Shown here piece by piece: positions 16,641 to 24,862 of a DNA stretch of 28,000 nt (positions are counted from its first letter, which is position 1; each line of letters opens with the position of its first letter). The stretch comes from a virus (taxonomy: Duplodnaviria; Caudoviricetes): IMG/VR virus record IMGVR_UViG_3300049042_000281, positions 1-28,000 of that record. One strand, given 5' to 3'. The notes below the pieces were generated by a model. That model worked only from the letters and a program-made list of their open reading frames with translations. It made no database searches and was not told the origin of the DNA. A program made the translations under genes and the position numbers.

Positions 16641-17713
16641 TCTTGCCGTACGTCTACGATCCCGTTACGCAGGATCTCTGGCTCTACGAGTCGGTGACGA
16701 TCTCGTGGACCAGTCCGAGCCCGGGCTCTGCGACGATCAAGCGGCCGTACGCCTGGAATCCGAACAGCCCGCTCTATGGGTACCGCAAGTCCCTTTCGGG
16801 CATGACTGCTCGTCCCCGTCAGCTTGGTAATCCTGGACCACAGGACCCACCGTACACAACGATCAACGATCCTGCGAACCCGGTCAATCAGCCGGTGTAC
16901 TACAACTCGTTTCCGTTTGCGCAGTGGGTCGTTTCCCGTCGGTTCATGACGATCTGCTCCCACTGCTATGGCTACTTTGGCGACCGTAACCCGTCGAAGA
17001 TGTTCATCGGAGTAGGTGCATCTGGGCACTACCAAACCGGAAGCTACCTGCATGCCGTGATGACGCAGGCGTTCCGCTGGATCGACGGAGACAACCAGCT
17101 GATCCAGGAACTGGACCCCACGTTGCTGATGGCAGGGTACACCACCGACTTGACCAACTATCCGGGGATGGTCAACAGTTCGGACACTGCCTTGGTTGAA
17201 TCGTATGAGGACCTCAAGGCTCCTCCGATCAAGTATGTCGATATGCGGTCAGTTCCTGCAGGAACCGTCGGCTGGGAGCTTGACAGCAACCACAAGATCA
17301 TCCGGGCGCGGTTCAACAAGTGCTTTGTCGACAGTCGGTCTGTCCCGCAACCTGACTACACGCTCTTGAACCCTGATGGATCTGAGGCCTTGTATGTATT
17401 CCCGACCTTTGAAGGGGATAGTTCAGGCACGATCCTGGTTGAGTTGGTTCCTCCTTCGACGAAGGAGGCAGGCGATGGGGTGCTGGCCTGGGCTATCGGG
17501 GGCAGAAGCTCCTCAAGCTGGCTTACTCGGGACAGCGTCGGAACCATCGCCACCACTCCACCGCTGGAGCCGTATAACGATCTCCTGGACTACATGGCTT
17601 TCAGGGGCTATCCAATCCCGGAGATCGAGCTTGTGCCTCGCAGATGGCGCGCTGGCACCGAGCTTGTTGAACAGCAGATCTTGACCGCCGTACAAGGGAT
17701 TTCACTCGAATGA
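16637..17713 (+). CDS. Putative trypsin-like (S1/PA clan) serine protease in the tail module
   Basis: VVSRRFMTICSHC (H109), SSDTALV (D183) and FEGDSSGTIL (S262) appear in canonical order. Confidence 0.6.
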   Translation: MILPYVYDPVTQDLWLYESVTISWTSPSPGSATIKRPYAWNPNSPLYGYRKSLSGMTARPRQLGNPGPQDPPYTTINDPANPVNQPVYYNSFPFAQWVVSRRFMTICSHCYGYFGDRNPSKMFIGVGASGHYQTGSYLHAVMTQAFRWIDGDNQLIQELDPTLLMAGYTTDLTNYPGMVNSSDTALVESYEDLKAPPIKYVDMRSVPAGTVGWELDSNHKIIRARFNKCFVDSRSVPQPDYTLLNPDGSEALYVFPTFEGDSSGTILVELVPPSTKEAGDGVLAWAIGGRSSSSWLTRDSVGTIATTPPLEPYNDLLDYMAFRGYPIPEIELVPRRWRAGTELVEQQILTAVQGISLE

Positions 17714-18576
17714 TCATCGGACCAATCTCTCCAACCCGTTTCGTACCGGCGACCACCAAGGCCCCCGAGCCGGATCTGTCGGTCAATCAAGAATGGACCA
17801 CGGGTCAGTTGCTGCAGTGCCTGCAGACCGGGCGCATCTGGGTCGTGGGCACCGCCAACGGGACCACCACGCAGCAGGTGCGACAGGTTCTGCCGTGGGT
17901 TCGTCAGCTTGTCGCGACCCCCACTGTCGGCACCCAGATCGTGAACAACGGCGGCGTGATGAAGGTGCAGAAGGAAGCCACTGCCGGAGTCACCTTTGGC
18001 GAGTTGAACCTGTTCGACACGCTCAAGGTCGACAGCAACGGCGGGGTCATTACGCCCGGGTTCTCCGGCATTGCTTGCTTCGATGAGACAAATAGCCTCA
18101 ACATTACCAGCGCTCAAACTTTTGTCGTCGAGGATTCTGACGAGCTCTTGTCGACAAACTCATCGGCTCCGACGGTGCTCTACCACGTCAGCCAAGATGC
18201 AAATGGGTGGGTTCAGCCGTCCCGGCCAGCACAATATCTGCTGACGACAACCAGGCAGTTCTACCACAACAATCCCTATGTCGTGCACATGGCGATCGAG
18301 TACACGCCGAACATTCCTATCGGTGGATCAACGTATTACCCGTTGATCTACCATTCACAGTCCAGCTCTGGCGGGTACATGTCAATGACCTTGACGGCCT
18401 TTGCCCCCCTCGGGGGCTCGCAGGGGTGGTTCAGGGTTCGTGCATGGTCATCCGAAGCGGGAGTTTTCCACCGTCCCTACTCCGGTGTCAACCAGTGGCC
18501 AAGCAACCCGGCGTCTCCCAATGCGGGGTATCTGGTCCAAAGCCGGTCGAACATGGTGGCGATCCAGGTAGTTTGA
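17710..18576 (+). CDS. Putative tail fibre/accessory structural protein (288 aa)
   Basis: ATGA-coupled, T/G/S/V-rich beta character, aromatic-rich C-terminal domain. Confidence 0.55.
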   Translation: MIIGPISPTRFVPATTKAPEPDLSVNQEWTTGQLLQCLQTGRIWVVGTANGTTTQQVRQVLPWVRQLVATPTVGTQIVNNGGVMKVQKEATAGVTFGELNLFDTLKVDSNGGVITPGFSGIACFDETNSLNITSAQTFVVEDSDELLSTNSSAPTVLYHVSQDANGWVQPSRPAQYLLTTTRQFYHNNPYVVHMAIEYTPNIPIGGSTYYPLIYHSQSSSGGYMSMTLTAFAPLGGSQGWFRVRAWSSEAGVFHRPYSGVNQWPSNPASPNAGYLVQSRSNMVAIQVV

Positions 18577-18588
18577 TCAGGAGGCGTC

Positions 18589-19341
18589 ATGGCTGATGAA
18601 CAGCTGAATGACGCGAACCGGGAGTTCGAGCAGATCTTCCCGACGTTCGCGAACCCAGTGACCCAGCGCTTCGTCGAGGGGTTCCAGGTTCGCACGTTGG
18701 TGCCTGGCATGCGCATGATCGGCGCCACGGCGTACACATCGCCCGGCGATGCAAGCGGTCAGTTCGGTCCTTCGCCGGCGACCAACCTGTTCCTGATGGG
18801 TGCCAACGGCCTCGGCGATCCCGGCGCCCTTGTCTTCAACCTGTTCAACCTGCCAAACCCCACTGTCCCGAATCCCGGGGTCGAGCCACCGATCGGTCCA
18901 GAGGAACGGCTTCGGTACTCGTGCCTCAGCGGCAAGTGCCTCCAGGATCCGAACGGCCAGTACTACGGCATCGACGAGTGCCTGGCCGATGGCTGCGGCG
19001 TCGACAGCGGTGGAGGCGGAGGCAAGGGCTGCGACTGCGGCTACGGGCTGTCTCACACCGTCTTCAAGGGCGAGATCGTCGCAGCTGCTGGACCGTACAC
19101 GGCCTCCGGAAAGAAGCATTGGCTTTACACCTTTAACGAGGTGGGAGGTGCGGGACGGTCGGGCACGATGTACAATGAGTACGAGCTCACCGTGCCGAAC
19201 TCAGGCGGAAACATCGGCCCGGCTACCGCGACCATCCAGAGGCTGCAGGTTCCGACGCTCGAGATCGTGCCCGTCTTCGTGGATGAAATCGGACTCTACT
19301 GGTTCCACGAGCAGAATCCCCTACAGGTCACTTGTCCATGA
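18589..19341 (+). CDS. Hypothetical structural protein with Cys cluster (250 aa)
   Basis: AGGAGG SD; YSCLSGKCLQDPNGQYYGIDECLADGC...CDCG; ends in VTCP. Confidence 0.75.
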   Translation: MADEQLNDANREFEQIFPTFANPVTQRFVEGFQVRTLVPGMRMIGATAYTSPGDASGQFGPSPATNLFLMGANGLGDPGALVFNLFNLPNPTVPNPGVEPPIGPEERLRYSCLSGKCLQDPNGQYYGIDECLADGCGVDSGGGGGKGCDCGYGLSHTVFKGEIVAAAGPYTASGKKHWLYTFNEVGGAGRSGTMYNEYELTVPNSGGNIGPATATIQRLQVPTLEIVPVFVDEIGLYWFHEQNPLQVTCP

Positions 19342-20681
19342 GCAACGGGATAGTCACGGCTGGATGCTGCTGCGGGGCTTGCCCCACGTGCTGCGGTTGG
19401 TGGTCGGCGTCCCCTGCGGGACCCGTGGACTTCACGCTCACCTTCTACCAGAACCACACGATGGAGGTCCTGGGCGGGCAGTTCATGCAGCTCGGGTACA
19501 CGGCGTGGACCATCACGGCGACGCTGACCAGGAGCGGCAGCTGCTGCGACTACAGCACCTGCGGACCCACGTTCAACAACCTGACCCGGTACACCGCCGA
19601 CGTATGCGAGGTAGCCGCCACCCGGGTGAGCAACATCTACTCGTACGGCTTCACCCGCAGGACTTGCCTCGAAGACGATATCCCTGCCTGCGTGGGATTG
19701 CCCGGATGCTATTGCACTCGGTCTCCAAGAGGTTGCGAGTACACGGGCGGGTTCACGTACGACGGGCTTCTGAACTGCACTGACCCGTGCACGAACTACA
19801 ACAGCCCGTTTGATCCAAACAATTTGCTTCCTCATTACAGGCTTGGAGATCCATGCCATCAGTGGAACTGCAAGAAGTGCAACTACGTCATGCCCATCGG
19901 GCAATGCGAATGCGAATGCAAGACGGTGCCTGAGCTCCTGTGGAAGAAGCTGTATGAGGTGCGGGAGAACTACAACGCCACGGTGTTCGGCACTGGATCA
20001 GGACCTGCGCTTTGTGGTTACCTTGGCAAGCCCCTCCAGGCAGGCGCCAATGCAGTGATCACGATCTACTGTGGTCCGAACCCATGCGGCGGCACGTGCC
20101 AGGTTCCCCGATTGATCTTCACGCCCCGCAACCAGGCACTCATCACGAACGCCATCGAGTATGACGCCACGATGAACCCCTGCTGCCCCAACGGCTACTG
20201 CCAGAGCCAGGAACCGTATACCACCTTGATCCCGTACGGCTCGTGCTACGCGACCACGACCACGAACGTGGCGCGATGCTTGCCTGAGTTTCAATTGATG
20301 GGCAAGGGGAACCTGTTCAACAGCGCGACGTTCACCAACCCGATCCCTGTGTCCACCTTCGACATCACCCTCGGCATGGGGGTCGAGACAGGCACCCGTG
20401 AATGGGGCCCTGGCTACCTGGCCTACACCCAGGCACAGGCCTGCGAGACGGTGAACAAGTCCGCGATCTGCGAAAAGTACGCATGGGATCACAGCGAAGC
20501 CGCACAGACCAGTGGGAATCCGAGCGGATCTCCCTACTTTCCAGTCTTCTGTGGAAATAACCGGCTTGATCCGATCGGAAACAACAAGGGTTGCAACAAC
20601 GTGTTCTCGTCCTGTTGGGGGCCCAGTTGGACTGAGAAGTTCTGCATGGAAAATAGGTCTTTGAACTCGGTGGTGATATGA
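19338..20681 (+). CDS. Cysteine-rich protein (447 aa, 38 Cys)
   Basis: ATGA-coupled start; N-terminal GCCCGACPTCC; Cys counted by hand from the translation. Confidence 0.8.
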   Translation: MSNGIVTAGCCCGACPTCCGWWSASPAGPVDFTLTFYQNHTMEVLGGQFMQLGYTAWTITATLTRSGSCCDYSTCGPTFNNLTRYTADVCEVAATRVSNIYSYGFTRRTCLEDDIPACVGLPGCYCTRSPRGCEYTGGFTYDGLLNCTDPCTNYNSPFDPNNLLPHYRLGDPCHQWNCKKCNYVMPIGQCECECKTVPELLWKKLYEVRENYNATVFGTGSGPALCGYLGKPLQAGANAVITIYCGPNPCGGTCQVPRLIFTPRNQALITNAIEYDATMNPCCPNGYCQSQEPYTTLIPYGSCYATTTTNVARCLPEFQLMGKGNLFNSATFTNPIPVSTFDITLGMGVETGTREWGPGYLAYTQAQACETVNKSAICEKYAWDHSEAAQTSGNPSGSPYFPVFCGNNRLDPIGNNKGCNNVFSSCWGPSWTEKFCMENRSLNSVVI

Positions 20682-21178
20682 GATGCTTCTGGGATAACAA
20701 CGGAAAGTGCAAGCACCCGATGATGGGTGGCGTCGATGCGACGGAGGAGCGATGCCGGCAGTGCTCGTTCTTCTCAAGGGCGTCACGCGAGGCCAATGTC
20801 GATCCTGCCGATTACGAGGAGATGGTCCGCAAGCGGGCTCTCTGGGAGCAGGACGAGCGGCATCGTCAGGAGGAGGAGCGGCAGAAGTCGCTGCTTGAGA
20901 AGGCAGCCAGCTGGGCAAAGGCTGAGATCAGCCAGGTCGTCAAGGGTCCTGTGGACGACGAGACCTACCGGATGCGGCTTGAGACCTGCAACGCCTGCTT
21001 CCGGCTGGAGCGGAAGGCTGACGCCCCTCTCGGGTTCTGCAAGGCTTGTGGCTGTGGCCAGAACGCCCGGGCTGAGCTGACGATCAAGGCGCGGATGCCG
21101 GAGGCCAAGTGCCCGATCCAGGCTTGGGGGGATCCTGCTGCGCCCCGGGCTCCTTTGCCTGATACTTTGAGTGGGTGA
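20678..21178 (+). CDS. Cys-cluster protein with DUF6171-like C-terminal domain
   Basis: RLETCNAC...FCKACGC...KARMPEAKCPIQAW, plus an N-terminal C-x7-C...CxxC cluster. Confidence 0.7.
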   Translation: MRCFWDNNGKCKHPMMGGVDATEERCRQCSFFSRASREANVDPADYEEMVRKRALWEQDERHRQEEERQKSLLEKAASWAKAEISQVVKGPVDDETYRMRLETCNACFRLERKADAPLGFCKACGCGQNARAELTIKARMPEAKCPIQAWGDPAAPRAPLPDTLSG

Positions 21179-21181
21179 TCC

Positions 21182-24100
21182 ATGCCTGACCTAAAGACTG
21201 ACTGGTCGTATCCCGTGATGGAGACCACGCTCGACAAGCGCATCGAGCGGGCCGGTGTCCAACGGGGTTTCTCAAGCGAGCTCACGGGGGTGGACGGACG
21301 CAGCGAGGGCGGGCTCAAGCCGTTCCCTGGGTTCCGCAAGGTCTACACCCTGGACCAGCTTCAGGCGCAGGCGGGACACGGGATCCTGTCGGACGTGATC
21401 GACTTCAAGGCCGTCGACTTCAGGATCGGTTCCGAGTACTACGGCTACGGCTTCGTGTATCGCGCGGTCAACGTGGCCGGCACGGCGGCCGACGTATTCA
21501 TCGACTACTGGGATTCGGCGAACCAGGTATGGACCAAATGCACCAAGCTGATGTCGAACGTCTCGAAGACGGCGCAGTTCGACGTGGAGGTCTCGGGTCG
21601 GTTCATCTACACCTTCGTGGCTGGACGGTCTCCTGCGCTCTTCTATGTGGAGGCGACCCGAACCAAGGAGTACGCGCCCGAGGCGGACTCGTACATCAAC
21701 GCGGGCGCCACCACCACGAACTACGGAAGCGCTGTCGATATCCAGATCAACAACACCCCCACTGAACGCAGGGGGTTGATCCGGTTCGATACGTCGGCGG
21801 AGTCCGGCAAGACCGTGGAGACGTCTGTGCTGAGCTTCACGGTGTCGGGCAACGCGCCCGGTGCCACCACCACCCTGACGCTGAACCCCGTGACCGATCC
21901 GGCGCCCGTGGACGGAGACTGGATCGAGGGCCAGGTCACATGGGCCGAGCGGAAGACGGGAACCGCATGGACGACTGCGGGCGGCGACTACAACGCAGGA
22001 GTCTCAGCCACTCTATCAGTGGGGGTGGGATTCCTCGGTCGTGTGTCGATCGACCTGAAGACGATCACACAGGGCTTCCTGAGCGGGACGTACAACGCGG
22101 CCTCGGCGAAGACATCGCTGATCATGCGGAGCAACCAGACCGGCATCATCAACGTGCCGGCTAGGGGGCAGGCGAATCCAGCGATCAGGCCGCAGCTCGT
22201 GGTGACGTACGTCGACAAGGTGTTCCTGACGCCTGTGATCGTCGGGTTGACGGGTACCGGTACTTTGCCGGGACCGGGCAAGCAGCCGTTGCTGACAAGT
22301 CCGGAGCGCGGCATCTCGGCGGGTTCGTACACGTCGATTGATTCGGGCCGCCCGGCGAACGCGCAGATCGTGCTGGTCTCCGACAACCCGTACGCCAACG
22401 AGAACAACTTCCCCGACCAGACCTCGGGCCTGTGCACTGCGGATTCGTTCCCTGCCCCAGGAGCCGAGACCGTTCCGGGCGGGGCGGGTGGCTGCAGTAC
22501 AAGCGGTGGACCGTGCGCATCGACGGTGGATCAGAAGACTTCGGACAACCTGATCCTGCAGCTGTTGACGCCTGCGAATCGGCAGACGGGCGTGAGCGTG
22601 ACGCCAAAGCTCGACTGGATGGCGTACTACACCACGGGTGCATCGTTGTCAGTGAACATGCTGTACGACGTGTTCCTCGTGGAAGAGGGCAAGGGTTCGC
22701 TAAGTGACAAGCGGGTGGCCACCGACATCACGACGAGCTACTTCGAGCCCGCGAGCCTGTGGCCGCTGGGCAAGATGCCGTACGGCAAGAAGTTCCTGTG
22801 GAAGGTCGTGGCGAAGCGAAACGACTGCAACGACTTCTGTCTGTCGAGCACCACGGGTACGTTCACGACGGAGAACAGGTACCAGGCCCGCAAGTTCGAG
22901 CCCGGCGACTACAGCTTCAGCTACGTGCTGGTGGACTCGAAGACGGGACGCAGGAGCGCTCTGAGTTCGGTCGCGCAGGTCCGCAGCGAGGACTTCCTCG
23001 TGACGCGGAACCAGGGCGGCAACAGCATCAGCGTGAAGCAGGACCAGTACATGGGCATCGAGATCGTGTACGACTCGGACAAGTACGACCTGCTGTATGC
23101 GTACCGCAGCGTGAAGATCCAGGATGCCGGCGGAACGATGATCGCGGGCCTGCCGTTCCTCGACGCGGTGATCAGGCTCGAGGATTACCACACTTGCAAG
23201 AATGGCACCGACCGTACCTTCGATCCCACGAACACGACGAACCGGCATGCGATGTACTTCTACGAGCTCGAGGACAAGCAGCTCGTGTACCAGAGCCCGT
23301 ACGTGGACCGCAGCGTGTTCGACGAGGAGATGCCGTACGGAGGTGCGGCGGCCTTCTACCAGAACACGATGCTGGTCTCGCGGATCGAGAACCCGCTTGA
23401 GTCGAGCTCGGACGAGACGCGGATCGACGACCCGCACCGGGGTCTCGGGGAGATGCGCTGGTCCAGCCTGGTGGAGATGAGCCCGGAGCTGTTCCCGCCG
23501 TTCAACCGGTACAACCCGACGGTGCCGAGCAACGAGGTCATCTGCTTCTCGAAGGTGGGCGCCAACGTCGTCGGCATCAGCCGCGACAAGGTGTACCACA
23601 TCCGGAAGAGCGGGCCGTACATCAAGGTCACCGAGATGCACGAGGGCTACGGCATCGTGAACCACAAGGCCGTGGACTCGGTGGGCAGCTCCGCGTTCTA
23701 CGTGACGAGCCACGGTCTGAAGAGCGTGGATATGCAGGGCCAACTGGATGAGATCAGGAACCTGAACAGCGTGATCGTGCGCGAGTGGCAGGATGACCTT
23801 GCCTCGGTGCAGGTGTGCCACGACCCGTTCATGAACTGCTTGTTCGTGCACAATCCGGATCAGGAGGAGACGTACGTCCTCTGGTTCTCGACGAGCAAGA
23901 CCACCAAGATCGCGGACGCCAGCTTCGCCCTGGTGTCCCAGGGTTCGTGGCCGATCAACTTCACGGGGTCCGAGTACGTGAACGATCTGTCGCGACGGGC
24001 GTTCTTCCTGCAGAACAACCAGGAGACCCGGGTCAGCGGCACGGGCTACAACACCTACGCAGGTCCTGCGGTGTACGTGGTCGATCAGGCTGGCGACCGC

Positions 24101-24862
24101 ACGATCAGTGGGGGTTCAGCGGCATGGAACGGATCCCGACGGATCACGACGCTGGACTTCGCGGGGGACAGCCGGTTCCTGGCTTCGGGCGCGTGGGCTA
24201 GCGCGATCCCGATCGGTAGCGCCACCGTGGCGACCGGGGCCTGGAAGTTCTGCTACCTGTATCTGGTGGCTTCGACCGCGAACCCCGGCAACGTGGGCAA
24301 GAAGGCGAAGATCATGCACAACACGGCGACCAACGTGTACATCGACAGTGTGGTGTACCCGTGGGTCACCTCGGCTGCGGCGGGTGACGTGTTCGTGGTG
24401 AGCCCGGTTCCGTTCGAGTGGGCTGGGCATCCGCTGTCGCTGTCCACCGAGAACGGCATGGTGTTCTCGAGCGCCGACCTGTTCCGCATGAAGGTGCTGA
24501 GCAGCATCGGTGCATCGTTCACGGATGTGGCTGGGCCGCCGGTCACGGACTCGGTGACGGCGACCAAGCCGTTGAACCGGTACACCGGGTTGGCGTACTC
24601 GGGCACTTCGGAGAACCCGGTCGCTACGGCGGCCACCAAGGACACCAATGGAAACCTGTATGCGTCTGTGGAGGATGATGAAGGCGTGGTGTACGCTGCC
24701 TTTGGATCTGATGCTTCTGATGGGAAGTACGGTGTCAAGGGCAACTCGCTGACACCGGGCATCCGAATCCTGTGCCCCGATCTCGACTTCCGGCTTCTGG
24801 GCTGTATCGTGCGCGGCAGCATCACGTCGGTCGAGCGAACCACCAACATCAGAGGTAGCTGA
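21182..24862 (+). CDS. Large tail protein (nozzle/tail tubular B-like) with DNRLRE and Fn3-like insertions (1226 aa)
   Basis: N-terminal GGLKPFPGF, MRWSS...PELFP and beta-propeller-like repeats, C-terminal FRLLGCIVRG, typical of P22 gp10/T7 gp12-like nozzles. Inserted EADSYIN...NYG...RGLIRFD...WIEGQVTW...RPQLVVTY and LLTPAN...LDW...YDVFL...WKVVAK...FTT. Confidence 0.7.
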   Translation: MPDLKTDWSYPVMETTLDKRIERAGVQRGFSSELTGVDGRSEGGLKPFPGFRKVYTLDQLQAQAGHGILSDVIDFKAVDFRIGSEYYGYGFVYRAVNVAGTAADVFIDYWDSANQVWTKCTKLMSNVSKTAQFDVEVSGRFIYTFVAGRSPALFYVEATRTKEYAPEADSYINAGATTTNYGSAVDIQINNTPTERRGLIRFDTSAESGKTVETSVLSFTVSGNAPGATTTLTLNPVTDPAPVDGDWIEGQVTWAERKTGTAWTTAGGDYNAGVSATLSVGVGFLGRVSIDLKTITQGFLSGTYNAASAKTSLIMRSNQTGIINVPARGQANPAIRPQLVVTYVDKVFLTPVIVGLTGTGTLPGPGKQPLLTSPERGISAGSYTSIDSGRPANAQIVLVSDNPYANENNFPDQTSGLCTADSFPAPGAETVPGGAGGCSTSGGPCASTVDQKTSDNLILQLLTPANRQTGVSVTPKLDWMAYYTTGASLSVNMLYDVFLVEEGKGSLSDKRVATDITTSYFEPASLWPLGKMPYGKKFLWKVVAKRNDCNDFCLSSTTGTFTTENRYQARKFEPGDYSFSYVLVDSKTGRRSALSSVAQVRSEDFLVTRNQGGNSISVKQDQYMGIEIVYDSDKYDLLYAYRSVKIQDAGGTMIAGLPFLDAVIRLEDYHTCKNGTDRTFDPTNTTNRHAMYFYELEDKQLVYQSPYVDRSVFDEEMPYGGAAAFYQNTMLVSRIENPLESSSDETRIDDPHRGLGEMRWSSLVEMSPELFPPFNRYNPTVPSNEVICFSKVGANVVGISRDKVYHIRKSGPYIKVTEMHEGYGIVNHKAVDSVGSSAFYVTSHGLKSVDMQGQLDEIRNLNSVIVREWQDDLASVQVCHDPFMNCLFVHNPDQEETYVLWFSTSKTTKIADASFALVSQGSWPINFTGSEYVNDLSRRAFFLQNNQETRVSGTGYNTYAGPAVYVVDQAGDRTISGGSAAWNGSRRITTLDFAGDSRFLASGAWASAIPIGSATVATGAWKFCYLYLVASTANPGNVGKKAKIMHNTATNVYIDSVVYPWVTSAAAGDVFVVSPVPFEWAGHPLSLSTENGMVFSSADLFRMKVLSSIGASFTDVAGPPVTDSVTATKPLNRYTGLAYSGTSENPVATAATKDTNGNLYASVEDDEGVVYAAFGSDASDGKYGVKGNSLTPGIRILCPDLDFRLLGCIVRGSITSVERTTNIRGS

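Noticed and set aside
16637-21178. Diversity-generating retroelement acting on tail or Cys-rich genes
   Set aside because: No reverse transcriptase and no TR/VR pair differing at adenines was visible in the window.
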